Source: an uncultured Thermodesulfobacteriaceae bacterium
Lineage (GTDB): Bacteria > Desulfobacterota > Dissulfuribacteria > Dissulfuribacterales > UBA3076
Direction of reading: 5' to 3'
Length of the DNA: 64,000 nt
Assembly: GCA_964646435.1 (NCBI GenBank)
Contig: CAZYEJ010000001.1
Location: forward strand, 4,912 to 68,911
Positions 27,259-37,483 of the stretch are shown here, piece by piece (the stretch's first letter is position 1; the number at the start of each line of letters is the position of its first letter). The notes beneath the pieces were generated by a model, which was not told where the DNA came from, did not search any database, and saw only the letters and a list, made by a program, of their open reading frames with translations. The position numbers were made by a program, and so were the translations under genes.

Positions 27259-30012
27259 ATGAACAAAACACCCGAACAAAAAGCAAGAGACAATATAGAC
27301 AGAATGCTTGAACGGTCCGGCTGGGCGGTTGTTGACAAGAATGCAATCAACTGGAGCCTCGGCCCGGGGGTTGCTGTTCGGGAATATCAGACCGATGTGG
27401 GTCCTGCCGACTATGTCCTGTTTGTAGATCGTGAAGCAATAGGTGTGATTGAAGCAAAAAAGGAAGAGGAAGGCCACCGGTTGTCCGTTCACGAACAGCA
27501 GGCGGAATACTATGCCCAAAGCAAACTAAAATGGTTTGCCGATAGCCGACCGCTCCCGTTTGTTTATGAAAGTACCGGCATATTAACACGGTATACGGAT
27601 CTGCGGGACCCCAAACCCCGAGCAAGGTCTGTCTTTTCGTTCCACCATCCGAAAACATTAAAAGACAGGATAAGGCAAAAAACCAGCCTGCGGCAACGAT
27701 TGCATCAGTTCCCCGATTTACCAGTTGAAGGGTTGCGGGATTGCCAGATCAGAGCGATTATCAACCTTGAAAAATCTTTTAGGGAAAACAGACCCCGTGC
27801 GTTGATCCAGATGGCGACCGGCAGCGGGAAAACCTTCACCGCCGTCACCTCTATTTACCGTCTGCTCAAATTTGCGGATGCCAAACGCGTACTGTTTCTG
27901 GTCGATACGAAAAATTTGGGGGAGCAGGCCGAACAGGAGTTCATGGGGTATACGCCGAGTGACGACAACCGTAAATTTACGGAACTTTATAATGTCCGGC
28001 GATTGAACTCGAAATATGTCCCGCCGGACAGCCAGGTGTGCATCAGCACCATCCAGCGGATGTATTCCATCCTCAAGGGGGAAGAACTCGATGAAACAGC
28101 AGAACAGATCAATCCCCATGAATACGTGGAAATGGGGCGGCCTCGTGAAGTTGAATACAATGAAAAAGTCCCGCCCGAATTTTTTGATTTCATCGTGATC
28201 GATGAGTGCCACCGCTCAATCTACAACCTGTGGAAGCAGGTACTGGATTATTTTGACGCCTTTTACATCGGGTTGACCGCAACCCCTGACAAGCGGACAT
28301 TCGGCTTTTTCAATGAAAACGTGGTCAGCGAATACCGGCATGAAGAAGCAGTGGCCGACGGGGTAAATGTCGGTTTTGACACTTATCTGATTGAAACAAA
28401 AATTACCCAAGACGGCAGCAAGCTGATTGCCGAACAATGGGTGGATAAAAGGGACCGCCTAACCCGCAAAAAACGATGGGAGCAACTCGATGAGGAAGTG
28501 ACCTACAACGGAAACGATCTTGACCGGGATGTGGTCAACCCCAGCCAGATCAGAAATGTGATCAAAACCTTTCGAGATAAGTTGCCGGAAATGTTTCCCG
28601 GTCGCGATGAAGTTCCTAAAACACTCATTTTTGCAAAGACCGACAGCCACGCCGACGATATTATCAATATCGCGCGCGAAGAATTTGCCGAGGAAAACGC
28701 GTTTTGCAAAAAAATTACCTACAAGGCGGATGAAGACCCCAAATCCGTGCTGGCGTCTTTCCGCAATGATTATTACCCCAGGATTGCTGTCACCGTTGAC
28801 ATGATCGCCACCGGAACGGATGTCAAACCCTTGGAATGTCTGGTCTTCATGCGGGATGTTAAGTCCAAAAATTACTTTGAGCAGATGAAAGGCAGGGGAA
28901 CCCGCACCCTGGGATATGATGATTTGAAAAAAGTCACCCCTTCTGTCAATACCAGTAAGACCGGGTTTGTTATCGTTGACGCCGTGGGGGTCAGCAGGTC
29001 CGTCAAAACCGACAGCCGGCCCCTTGAACGGAAAAAATCGGTTCCCTTAAAAGATCTCCTCCAGGCGGTGTTGATGGGGCAGACCGATGAAGATACCTAT
29101 ACGTCGCTGGCAGGCCGCCTAGCCCGGTTGGAAAAGCAGATCACGGATGATGAGCGGGAAAAATTCAAGCAATTGTCCGGCGGAAAGACCATTAACAGAC
29201 TGGTTCATGAACTGTTAGATGCCTATAATCCGGATAAAATCATTGAAACTGCAACAGAAAAGCTCAACCTGCCGCCGGATAGGTCGCCGGATGAAGATCA
29301 AAAAAAGGATGCCCAAAAAGAATTGATCAACCGAGCCAGGGACACGTTTACCGGTGAATTAAATGAATTTATCGAAAACGTCCGCAAATCCCATGAGCAG
29401 ATTATCGACGACATCAATCTCGATGAGGTAAAATACGCCGGATGGGACAAGCAGGCCCGGGTAAAGGCCAAAGATACCATAGAAGATTTCAAAACTTTCA
29501 TGGAAGCCAACAAGGATGAGATCACGGCCCTTTCCATTTTCTACAACCAGCCCTATAACCGCAGAAATATCACCTATGACATGATTAAAGAGGTGCTGGA
29601 CACCTTAAAGCAGAACAAACCGCGCCTTGCACCGGCGAGGGTCTGGCAGGCATACGAGCAGGTGGAAAAGGTCAACGGCAAATCCCCTAAAAACGAACTC
29701 ACCGCGCTGGTGTCCCTGATCCGGCGTATAACGGGCATCGATGATACCCTGACCTCTTTTGAGCAGACGGCCAACCGCAATTTTCAGAAATGGGTGTTTG
29801 ACAAACAGGCCGGACCACTGAAATTTACCGAGGAACAGATGGCATGGCTGCGCATGATCAAAGAACACATCATCAGTTCCGTGCATATTGAAAAGGACGA
29901 TCTGGATTATGCCCCCTTTGACGGCAGGGGCGGCGTTGGAAAGATGCTTCAGTTGTTCGGTGATGAGATGAATCCGGTTATTGATGAAATGAATGAGGCC
30001 TTGGCGGCGTAG
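27259..30012 (+). CDS. hsdR: Type I restriction enzyme R subunit
   Basis: N-terminal nuclease region (ADYVLFVDREAIGVIEAKKE), helicase motifs MATGSGKT and IVIDECHRS, and an EcoEI_R_C-like C-terminus. Confidence 0.92.
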   Translation: MNKTPEQKARDNIDRMLERSGWAVVDKNAINWSLGPGVAVREYQTDVGPADYVLFVDREAIGVIEAKKEEEGHRLSVHEQQAEYYAQSKLKWFADSRPLPFVYESTGILTRYTDLRDPKPRARSVFSFHHPKTLKDRIRQKTSLRQRLHQFPDLPVEGLRDCQIRAIINLEKSFRENRPRALIQMATGSGKTFTAVTSIYRLLKFADAKRVLFLVDTKNLGEQAEQEFMGYTPSDDNRKFTELYNVRRLNSKYVPPDSQVCISTIQRMYSILKGEELDETAEQINPHEYVEMGRPREVEYNEKVPPEFFDFIVIDECHRSIYNLWKQVLDYFDAFYIGLTATPDKRTFGFFNENVVSEYRHEEAVADGVNVGFDTYLIETKITQDGSKLIAEQWVDKRDRLTRKKRWEQLDEEVTYNGNDLDRDVVNPSQIRNVIKTFRDKLPEMFPGRDEVPKTLIFAKTDSHADDIINIAREEFAEENAFCKKITYKADEDPKSVLASFRNDYYPRIAVTVDMIATGTDVKPLECLVFMRDVKSKNYFEQMKGRGTRTLGYDDLKKVTPSVNTSKTGFVIVDAVGVSRSVKTDSRPLERKKSVPLKDLLQAVLMGQTDEDTYTSLAGRLARLEKQITDDEREKFKQLSGGKTINRLVHELLDAYNPDKIIETATEKLNLPPDRSPDEDQKKDAQKELINRARDTFTGELNEFIENVRKSHEQIIDDINLDEVKYAGWDKQARVKAKDTIEDFKTFMEANKDEITALSIFYNQPYNRRNITYDMIKEVLDTLKQNKPRLAPARVWQAYEQVEKVNGKSPKNELTALVSLIRRITGIDDTLTSFEQTANRNFQKWVFDKQAGPLKFTEEQMAWLRMIKEHIISSVHIEKDDLDYAPFDGRGGVGKMLQLFGDEMNPVIDEMNEALAA

Positions 30013-30013
30013 G

Positions 30014-31555
30014 ATGACTGAATATTTTATTAAACCAAAATCTTGGATTGGATTGAATTTAAGTGATGTGATCCGAAAAATATCAACGAACAAAATAAAA
30101 GTTAAACAAAAAGAATACTTAGAAAGTGGTTCTTTACCAATAATAGATCAAGGAAGTAAATATATTGGTGGGTATACAAATGATTTTTCCAAAAAGATTG
30201 ATTGTGAATTACCTGTAATTGTTTTTGGTGATCATACGAAAATAATTAAATTTATCAATTTTGACTTCGCACCCGGTGCAGATGGAGTAAAAATAATAAA
30301 ACCAATAACTTGTTACGAACCAAAACTTTTTCAATTCTTTTTAAAGGTTTTAGTAAACAAGATCCCTGATAAGGGATATGCAAGACATTTTCAACATATA
30401 GAAAAAACAAAAATCCCCCTCCCCCCCCTCCCCGAACAACACCAAATCGTCGCCAAAATCGAAGAACTCTTTTCAAAACTCGACAACGGCATCGAAAACC
30501 TGAAAAAAGCCCTGGAACAACTGAAAACTTACCGCCAGGCCGTGCTGAAATACGCCTTTGAAGGCAAGTTGACCAAAGAGTGGCGCACTCAACAGAGACG
30601 TGAGGGAAATCCACCGAAACCGGCGGAAAAGCTGCTGGAACAGATCAATACAGAGCGAGAAAAACATTACCAAAAGCAGATAGTAAATTGGAAACAAGCA
30701 GTTACAGAATGGAAAGTGAATGGGGAAAAGGGGAAAAAACCAACGCGAATTTCTAGGCCAAAAACCCTTTCAAAATTAACTTCGGAAGAAACTGAAATTT
30801 ATGGTGAATTACCAACTTCCTGGCGATGGTCAACATTCTGTAATGTCACATATAAAATTGGTGATATCGACCATAAAATGCCTAAGGACTTCACTGGCGG
30901 CTTACCGTATCTATCTACAGGTAACTTAAAAAAAAATGGAACTATTGATTTCGCTAATGCCAAAACAATTTCAAAGGAAGATTTTGAAAGATTATCCTTA
31001 AAAATAAAACCGGAGAGAGGCGATATAATATTTCCCAGATACGGAACAATTGGCCGTAATATATTAATAAATTTCAATAAAGAATTTTTAGTTTCTTATT
31101 CATGTGCAATTATCAAGAATATCCTCTCGTTAATGGATGGTAGATTTGTTTACTACTATTCATTATCTCCGATCATTAAAAAAGAAATTGAAAAGTATGC
31201 AGTACAAACTACACAAGCCAATATAGGTATTGCATCTATTGAAAATTTTGTTTTTCCACTCTGCTCCCTCCCCGAGCAACAAGCCATCGTCTCCGAAATC
31301 GAATCCCGCCTGTCCGTCTGCGACAAACTTGAACAAATCATTGAAGACAGCCTTAAAAAAGCCGAAGCCCTGCGGCAGAGCATTTTGAAGAAGGCATTTG
31401 AAGGGGAACTGACAAAGGAGTGGCGGGAAGCGCACCCGGAGCTGATTTCCGGTGAAAACTTGGTGGAGAAACTGCTGGAAAAAATCAAAGCGGAAAAGGC
31501 TCTGTCCATCGCTATTCGGAAAAAACCGCAATCGAAGAAGATGAAGAAAAAATGA
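30014..31555 (+). CDS. hsdS: Type I restriction enzyme S (specificity) subunit
   Basis: Two AT-rich target-recognition domains alternate with two conserved coiled-coil regions (PLPPLPEQHQIVAKIEELF... and LPEQQAIVSEIESRL..., each ending KxAFEGxLTKEWR). The ATG at 30014 lies just after the hsdR stop. Confidence 0.88.
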   Translation: MTEYFIKPKSWIGLNLSDVIRKISTNKIKVKQKEYLESGSLPIIDQGSKYIGGYTNDFSKKIDCELPVIVFGDHTKIIKFINFDFAPGADGVKIIKPITCYEPKLFQFFLKVLVNKIPDKGYARHFQHIEKTKIPLPPLPEQHQIVAKIEELFSKLDNGIENLKKALEQLKTYRQAVLKYAFEGKLTKEWRTQQRREGNPPKPAEKLLEQINTEREKHYQKQIVNWKQAVTEWKVNGEKGKKPTRISRPKTLSKLTSEETEIYGELPTSWRWSTFCNVTYKIGDIDHKMPKDFTGGLPYLSTGNLKKNGTIDFANAKTISKEDFERLSLKIKPERGDIIFPRYGTIGRNILINFNKEFLVSYSCAIIKNILSLMDGRFVYYYSLSPIIKKEIEKYAVQTTQANIGIASIENFVFPLCSLPEQQAIVSEIESRLSVCDKLEQIIEDSLKKAEALRQSILKKAFEGELTKEWREAHPELISGENLVEKLLEKIKAEKALSIAIRKKPQSKKMKKK

Positions 31556-33000
31556 ACAAAACCGGAATAAAAAAACTGATTCAAGAAGGAGAAGGCATCT
31601 CCGTCGAGTTCAAGGAATGCCGGAACAAGCTGAACAAAAACGTTTTTAAAAGTATCTGTGCGTTTCTAAACCGGAACGGCGGGTATTTAATACTTGGTGT
31701 CAATGACAAAGGAAAGATAACAGGCGTCGACTCCGAAGCGGTGGAGCAGGTCAAAAAAGAGCTGGTTACCGCCCTGAATAATCCACAGAAACTGAATCCG
31801 ACGTGTTATCTGATGCCCGAAGAAGTAGACCTTGACGGCAAATGCGTCATCCGCCTCTTTGTCCCGGAAAGCTCCCAGGTTCACCGTTGCAATGGTAAAA
31901 TCTATGACCGCAATGAAGACGGAGACTTTGATATCACCAGTAACACGAATCTGGTAACAGCGCTTTATATCCGAAAGCAGACCACCTACTCGGAAAACCT
32001 CATATATCCTTATGTTTCCATTAAAGACCTGCGTGCAGACCTTGTTTCCAAAGCAAGAACACTGGTAGCTAATCAAAGGCCCGGGCATCCCTGGGCGGGG
32101 ATGTCGGATATTGAACTGCTTCAAAGCGCCCAGCTTTTTCAAAGGGACTATCAAAGTGGCGAGGAAGGGTTTACGCTGGCCGCAGTCCTTCTCTTGGGAG
32201 ACGATCAGGTCATTTTGTCCGTGCTGCCCCATCATCGAACCGATGCATTGCTCCGGCGTGAGAATATAGACAGATACGACGATCGCGATGATATCCGGAC
32301 AAACCTGATTGAAAGTTACGACCGACTGATGGCATTTGTCGCCAAGCATTTGCCGGACAAATTTTTCCTGGAAAAGGACCAGCGGATCAGCTTAAGAGAC
32401 CATATATTCAGGGAAGTGGCTTCAAACATGCTGATCCACCGTGAATTTTTAAATCCTTACCCGGCCAAGTTTATTATTGAAAGCCACCGGTTATTTGCTG
32501 AAAACAGCAACAAGCCCCATGGGCACGGTTTGATCGACCCCGCAAATTTTTCTCCCTTTCCCAAGAATCCGGTGATTGCCCGTTTCTTCAAGGAAATCGG
32601 ACGAGCGGATGAGCTTGGTTCCGGAGTAAGAAATCTTTTTAAATACTGCCGGCATTATTCCGGGGGAAAAATTCCTGAACTGATCGAGGAAGACATTTTT
32701 AAGTGTATTGTGCCGCTTACCCCGCAAGTCACCCCGGAAGCTACCGAGCAAGTTACCGAGCAAGTTACCGAGCAGGTCACCGAGCAGGCCGAGAAGAGCA
32801 AAGAAATTCTTGAATTTTGCACGACCCCAAAATCAACATCTGAAATAATGGACTTTCTGGGATTAAAGCATCGGGAACATTTTCGAGCAAAAATTATCCA
32901 TCCTTTATTGAAACAAGGTCTTTTGAAGCTAACAATTCCGGATAAACCCACAAGCTCGAAACAAAAATATTATTCAACCAAAGAGAAAAAAAAGGAATGA
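31552..33000 (+). CDS. AlbA_2 (Schlafen-like) plus HATPase_c_4-like putative DNA-binding protein nested in the R-M operon
   Basis: The N-terminus (EGEGISVEFKECRNKLNKNVFKSICAFLNRNGGYLILGVNDKGKITGV) is the AlbA_2 pattern. RADELGSGVRNLF lies in the middle. A winged-helix-like tail follows. ATGA overlaps on both sides. Confidence 0.75.
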   Translation: MNKTGIKKLIQEGEGISVEFKECRNKLNKNVFKSICAFLNRNGGYLILGVNDKGKITGVDSEAVEQVKKELVTALNNPQKLNPTCYLMPEEVDLDGKCVIRLFVPESSQVHRCNGKIYDRNEDGDFDITSNTNLVTALYIRKQTTYSENLIYPYVSIKDLRADLVSKARTLVANQRPGHPWAGMSDIELLQSAQLFQRDYQSGEEGFTLAAVLLLGDDQVILSVLPHHRTDALLRRENIDRYDDRDDIRTNLIESYDRLMAFVAKHLPDKFFLEKDQRISLRDHIFREVASNMLIHREFLNPYPAKFIIESHRLFAENSNKPHGHGLIDPANFSPFPKNPVIARFFKEIGRADELGSGVRNLFKYCRHYSGGKIPELIEEDIFKCIVPLTPQVTPEATEQVTEQVTEQVTEQAEKSKEILEFCTTPKSTSEIMDFLGLKHREHFRAKIIHPLLKQGLLKLTIPDKPTSSKQKYYSTKEKKKE

Positions 33001-34475
33001 ACAACACCGCAAGCATCATTTCAAAAGTCTGGAGTTTCTGCCACACCTTGCGGGATGACGGCGTCAGTTACGGCGATTATCTGGAGCAGCTCACCTATCT
33101 GCTGTTTCTCAAGATGGCCGAGGAATACAGCAAGATTTACAAAAAAGAGGTCGGCATCCCGGCTGGATACAATTGGGATAGTCTGCAAACCGTAAAAGGG
33201 GCGGAACTCGAATCCCATTATATCAAACTGCTCAGGGCGCTGGGCCAACAGAAAGGCATGATCGGCCAGATTTTTGTCAAATCCCAGAACCAGATTCAGG
33301 ATCCGGCCAAGCTTTATAAGATCATTCACATGATCGATGCGGAAAACTGGGTCATGATGGGAGCGGACGTCAAGGGGGATATCTACGAGGGCCTGCTTGA
33401 AAAAAATGCCGAAGACGTCAAAAGCGGCGCCGGACAGTATTTTACCCCACGGTCGTTGATCAGGGCCATGGTGGAGTGCGTCCGACCAGAACCTGACAAA
33501 ACCATAGCCGACCCAGCATGCGGCACAGGCGGTTTTTTCCTGGCGGCATATGACTTTTTGATCAAGAATTACAACCCTGACAAAGGCCAGAAAATCTTCT
33601 TAAAAAATCAAACCTTTTTCGGCAATGAGATCGTGGCCAATGCCCGCCGCCTGGCATTGATGAACATGTTTCTGCATAATATCGGGGAGATTACCGGCGA
33701 ATCCACCATCTCCGCCAACGATTCCCTGATTGCCGATACCGGCGACCGGTACGACTATGTCCTGACCAATCCGCCGTTCGGGAAAAAAAGCAGCATCACG
33801 ATCACCAATGGCGAGGGGAAACAGGAAAAAGAAGATCTGAGATACAACCGGCAGGACTTCTGGGCCACCACCTCGAACAAGCAGCTCAATTTTGTCCAGC
33901 ATGTTCGCACCATACTCAAAACCAGCGGTCAGGCGGCCGTGGTGGTTCCGGACAATGTGCTGTTTGAAGGCGGGGCCGGTGAAACGGTTCGACGAAAACT
34001 CCTTAAAAATACCGATCTGCACACCATCCTGAGGCTGCCCACCGGCATATTTTATGCCCAGGGGGTCAAGGCGAACGTGATCTTTTTCGAAAACAAACCT
34101 GCCAGCAAATACCCCTGGACAAAAGAGGTCTGGTTTTATGACTTCAGGACCAATATCCATTTTACGAAAAAGAAAAACCAGATGACCTATGGCAATCTGA
34201 AGGATTTCATAACCTGCTACAAGCCTGAAAACCGTCACAAACGAAAGGAAACCTGGTCAGAAGACAATCCCGACGGCAGATGGCGCAAATTTACCTATGA
34301 AGACATTGTCGCCCGTGACAAAACGAGTCTGGACATCTCCTGGATCAGAGACGAAAGCCTGGCAGACCTGGACAACCTCCCCGATCCCGATGTGTTGGCC
34401 GAAGAGATCATCGAAAACCTTGAAGCAGGTGTCGAGAGTTTTAAGCAAATTATGGAGTCGATCAATGGGCAATAA
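32997..34475 (+). CDS. hsdM: Type I restriction enzyme M subunit (N6-adenine methyltransferase)
   Basis: HsdM_N-like start (KVWSFCHTLRDDG...YLEQLTYLLFLK), SAM motif DPACGTGGF, catalytic LTNPPFG. Confidence 0.92.
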   Translation: MNNTASIISKVWSFCHTLRDDGVSYGDYLEQLTYLLFLKMAEEYSKIYKKEVGIPAGYNWDSLQTVKGAELESHYIKLLRALGQQKGMIGQIFVKSQNQIQDPAKLYKIIHMIDAENWVMMGADVKGDIYEGLLEKNAEDVKSGAGQYFTPRSLIRAMVECVRPEPDKTIADPACGTGGFFLAAYDFLIKNYNPDKGQKIFLKNQTFFGNEIVANARRLALMNMFLHNIGEITGESTISANDSLIADTGDRYDYVLTNPPFGKKSSITITNGEGKQEKEDLRYNRQDFWATTSNKQLNFVQHVRTILKTSGQAAVVVPDNVLFEGGAGETVRRKLLKNTDLHTILRLPTGIFYAQGVKANVIFFENKPASKYPWTKEVWFYDFRTNIHFTKKKNQMTYGNLKDFITCYKPENRHKRKETWSEDNPDGRWRKFTYEDIVARDKTSLDISWIRDESLADLDNLPDPDVLAEEIIENLEAGVESFKQIMESINGQ

Positions 34476-34637
34476 AGAGCGCAGATAATAAACAGATCAT
34501 GCGTCGTTAACACGCAGGGCCTAATGGATATTTGGGGCTATCATTCAGGAACTCGAATGAGTCAAGAAATAGTCCAAAAGTACCTTAAAGGCTCATGAGG
34601 TTATGCTCGCCAAACTGCAACGAGGTAAAAAGAGGTC

Positions 34638-34958
34638 ATGAAAGAACTTGAGGAAAAAATTGCAAATAGTTTCAAACTTCTGCTGTCAAAACGTGTACCG
34701 CTGCACAGAATAATAGTATTCGGCTCGCGCGCACGAGGAGACGCCGATCCCGATTCCGATATGGATCTACTGGTAGTCCTGAACGGACCTAATTCTACTG
34801 ATGCGAGGAAACATGTAAACGACTGCGCCTGGGAAGCGGGCTTTAATCATGGTCTTGTTGTCTCTCCCATAGTTGTTTCCCGCCAGAGCTGGGAAAATGG
34901 TCCTGAACGATATTCCCTGCTCGCACAAGCGGTTAAGGAGGAGGGAGTAGCTGTATGA
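34638..34958 (+). CDS. MNT-type nucleotidyltransferase (HEPN/MNT module)
   Basis: VFGSRARGDADPDSDMDLLVV motif. ATGA overlap with the downstream HEPN gene. Confidence 0.8.
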   Translation: MKELEEKIANSFKLLLSKRVPLHRIIVFGSRARGDADPDSDMDLLVVLNGPNSTDARKHVNDCAWEAGFNHGLVVSPIVVSRQSWENGPERYSLLAQAVKEEGVAV

Positions 34959-35362
34959 AAGATGACGAAATTCTTATTCTTATCCAGTATCGGATAAAGC
35001 AGGCAGAAGAGTCGCTTGAGGACGCAAAAGCTCTTCTGGACGGAGGTCGCAGCCCTCGGAGCATCATTAACCGATCTTACTATGCTATGTTTTATGCCGT
35101 ACTCGCTCTATTGCAGAAGATCGGGAAGGTTCCGCGCAAGCATAGCGGAGCGATCAGTCTTTTTGATACTGAATATGTCTTGAAAGATTTGTTCCCAAAA
35201 GAGCTTTCCAAAGATCTCCATGATATTTTCAACCTTCGACAGGTATCCGACTATCAGGTCATTGAAACAGTCACGTTAGAGGAGGCCGAAACAGCCTTGA
35301 AACGGGCGGAAGGTTTCGTTGAAGCCATCAGAAAACACCTGATACCGGAAAACAGGCAATAA
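34955..35362 (+). CDS. HEPN domain protein (HEPN/MNT module)
   Basis: RSYYAMFYAVLALL and the later SDY region are typical of small HEPN proteins paired with MNT. Confidence 0.78.
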   Translation: MKDDEILILIQYRIKQAEESLEDAKALLDGGRSPRSIINRSYYAMFYAVLALLQKIGKVPRKHSGAISLFDTEYVLKDLFPKELSKDLHDIFNLRQVSDYQVIETVTLEEAETALKRAEGFVEAIRKHLIPENRQ

Positions 35363-35563
35363 AAGAAACAGTGGTATTGTCGATTACCTGAAAGCTAATG
35401 GACCGGAATTTCTGCTGGAGTAATTAAAGTTGTAACTATTCAGGCTGAAGACTGAGGTATCTCAACTATCTCGCAACGATCGAGCAGGGATGAATCCTCT
35501 AAACTAATACTGCAATCTCGTCAGCCAACTCAAATAGCCGCAGTTTTGTATGATCACACATGA

Positions 35564-35734
35564 TTTGTCCCTATTGGCCTTCTACCTTCAGTCTATTCAC
35601 CTGAATATTTAGAGTATATCCACTATAATCCTGTTAAACGAGGATATGTTGACAAACCTGAGCATCGGAGATATTCCACCGGCCGTGACTATGTTGGGCT
35701 AAAAGGATTGGTGGCAGTAAAACCGCTGATCTAA
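35564..35734 (+). pseudogene. C-terminal fragment of a REP-associated/IS200-like Y1 transposase
   Basis: EYLEYIHYNPVKRGYVDKPEHRRYS is the catalytic-Tyr region (YIHxNPV) of Y1 transposases. An in-frame stop at 35561-35563 lies immediately upstream, and no N-terminal part is present. Confidence 0.6.
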
Positions 35735-35757
35735 AAGAAAACAGAGCCTTAAGGCAT

Positions 35758-35786
35758 GCATTCCCAGGCAGAACCTGGGAACGAGG
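35758..35786. repeat. REP-like palindromic unit (gcaTTCCCAGGcagaaCCTGGGAAcgagg)
   Basis: Same core as 26952-26980. Lies 24 bp downstream of the transposase fragment. Confidence 0.7.
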
Positions 35787-35831
35787 AAAAATTAGAATAC
35801 AGGATATAAAGGGGTAAACAAAGAAAACTTT

Positions 35832-37418
35832 ATGGATAGTTTTAATCAAAAAGAGATCAACCGGAGACGAACATTTGGAATTATCAGTCATCCTGATGCA
35901 GGCAAAACCACGCTGACGGAAAAACTTCTCCTCTTTGGCGGGGCGATCCAGCAGGCTGGGGCTGTTAAGGCAAAGAAAGCTACCAGGCATGCCACCAGTG
36001 ACTGGATGTCGATTGAGAAGGAAAGAGGTATTTCAGTTACAACTTCTGTAATGAAATTTAACTACGGAGATTTTGAGATTAATCTGCTCGACACACCCGG
36101 CCACCAGGACTTTTCGGAAGATACATACAGGGTGTTGACTGCCGTCGACAGCGCCCTGATGGTAATTGACAGCGTAAAGGGGGTGGAACCTCAGACCAAA
36201 AAACTCATGGAGGTCTGTAGGATGCGCAACACCCCGATCATTACATTCATAAACAAGCTTGATCGTGAAGGCATGGCGCCTCTTGATATTCTTGATGATA
36301 TTGAGGATAAACTGCAGATCGAATGTACGCCGCTTTCCTGGCCTATCGGTATGGGCAAGCGCTTTAAAGGTGTATATAATCTCTTTCACAAACAATTGCA
36401 TATTTTTGAACCAGGCAGAGAAACCCTTGGGCAGAAGGGGATCGTTATTAATGATCTGTCTGATCCTGCTCTGGATAAACTTTTAAAAGAACAGGCCATT
36501 GAACTGCGGGAAGACATCGCGCTGATTGAAGGCGCCGTCAATCCTTTTGAGCGTCGACATTTTATAAAAGGAAGCCAGACGCCGGTCTTTTTCGGAAGCG
36601 CCATTAATAATTTTGGTGTTAAAGAGATGCTGGATGCATTTGTGGAACTGGCCCCCCATCCAGGTGTGAGACAGGCTGTTTCCCGTGAGGTTTCGCCATA
36701 CGAAAAAGAGTTTTCAGGCTTTGCTTTTAAAATACAGGCCAATATGGACCCTGTCCACCGGGACAGGATTGCATTTGTCAGGATCTGCTCAGGAAAATTT
36801 ACAAGAGGAATGAAAGTCGTTCACCACAGGATCGGAAAAAATGTAACCTTTGCCAATGCAACCATATTTATGGCACAGGACAGGGAGAATGTGGAGGAGG
36901 CTTTCCCAGGGGATATTATTGGTATCTATAACCACGGAACCATAAAAATCGGCGATACATTTACCGAAAAAGAACCTTTGAAATTCAGGGGGATCCCCAA
37001 CTTTGCACCTGAGCATTTCAGGCGTGTGCGCTTGAAGAATCCGTTAAAGGCCAAACACCTTAAGAAAGGATTGATCCAGCTTGCAGAGGAGGGGGCTGTT
37101 CAGGTTTTTATGCCTGCTATAGGCAGAGACTATATCCTGGGGGCGGTTGGCGTCCTCCAGTTTGATGTAACCACGGCCCGTTTAAAGGCGGAATATGGTG
37201 TGGATGCCATATATGAACCTGTGAATTTTAATGTGGCACGCTGGGTCGGATGTGATGATCGCAAAAAAATGGCCGAATTTGAGAAAAAAAATATGGCCAA
37301 CCTGGCAAGAGATGCCGAAGGCTGCCTTTCCTTTCTGACAACCAATGAATGGCAGCTCAACTACTGCATGGAAAAGTGGCCGGAGATAGAGTTTTCTAAG
37401 ACACGGGAGGTTAACTGA
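35832..37418 (+). CDS. prfC: Peptide chain release factor 3
   Basis: [34 protein letters not shown]-domain start, [13 protein letters not shown]; length 528 aa. Confidence 0.93.
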   Translation: MDSFNQKEINRRRTFGIISHPDAGKTTLTEKLLLFGGAIQQAGAVKAKKATRHATSDWMSIEKERGISVTTSVMKFNYGDFEINLLDTPGHQDFSEDTYRVLTAVDSALMVIDSVKGVEPQTKKLMEVCRMRNTPIITFINKLDREGMAPLDILDDIEDKLQIECTPLSWPIGMGKRFKGVYNLFHKQLHIFEPGRETLGQKGIVINDLSDPALDKLLKEQAIELREDIALIEGAVNPFERRHFIKGSQTPVFFGSAINNFGVKEMLDAFVELAPHPGVRQAVSREVSPYEKEFSGFAFKIQANMDPVHRDRIAFVRICSGKFTRGMKVVHHRIGKNVTFANATIFMAQDRENVEEAFPGDIIGIYNHGTIKIGDTFTEKEPLKFRGIPNFAPEHFRRVRLKNPLKAKHLKKGLIQLAEEGAVQVFMPAIGRDYILGAVGVLQFDVTTARLKAEYGVDAIYEPVNFNVARWVGCDDRKKMAEFEKKNMANLARDAEGCLSFLTTNEWQLNYCMEKWPEIEFSKTREVN

Positions 37419-37483
37419 ATTCAACCTACCAAAAGGGAAAAGGTACATAAGAGTTAAGTTATTTTTGTGCCGGATGAAGTACT

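Noticed and set aside
26988-27658. Minus-strand ORFs 26988..27350, 27232..27519 and 27347..27658, upstream of or overlapping hsdR.
   Set aside because: No motifs and odd composition, and they overlap the well-supported hsdR start region. They are likely spurious.
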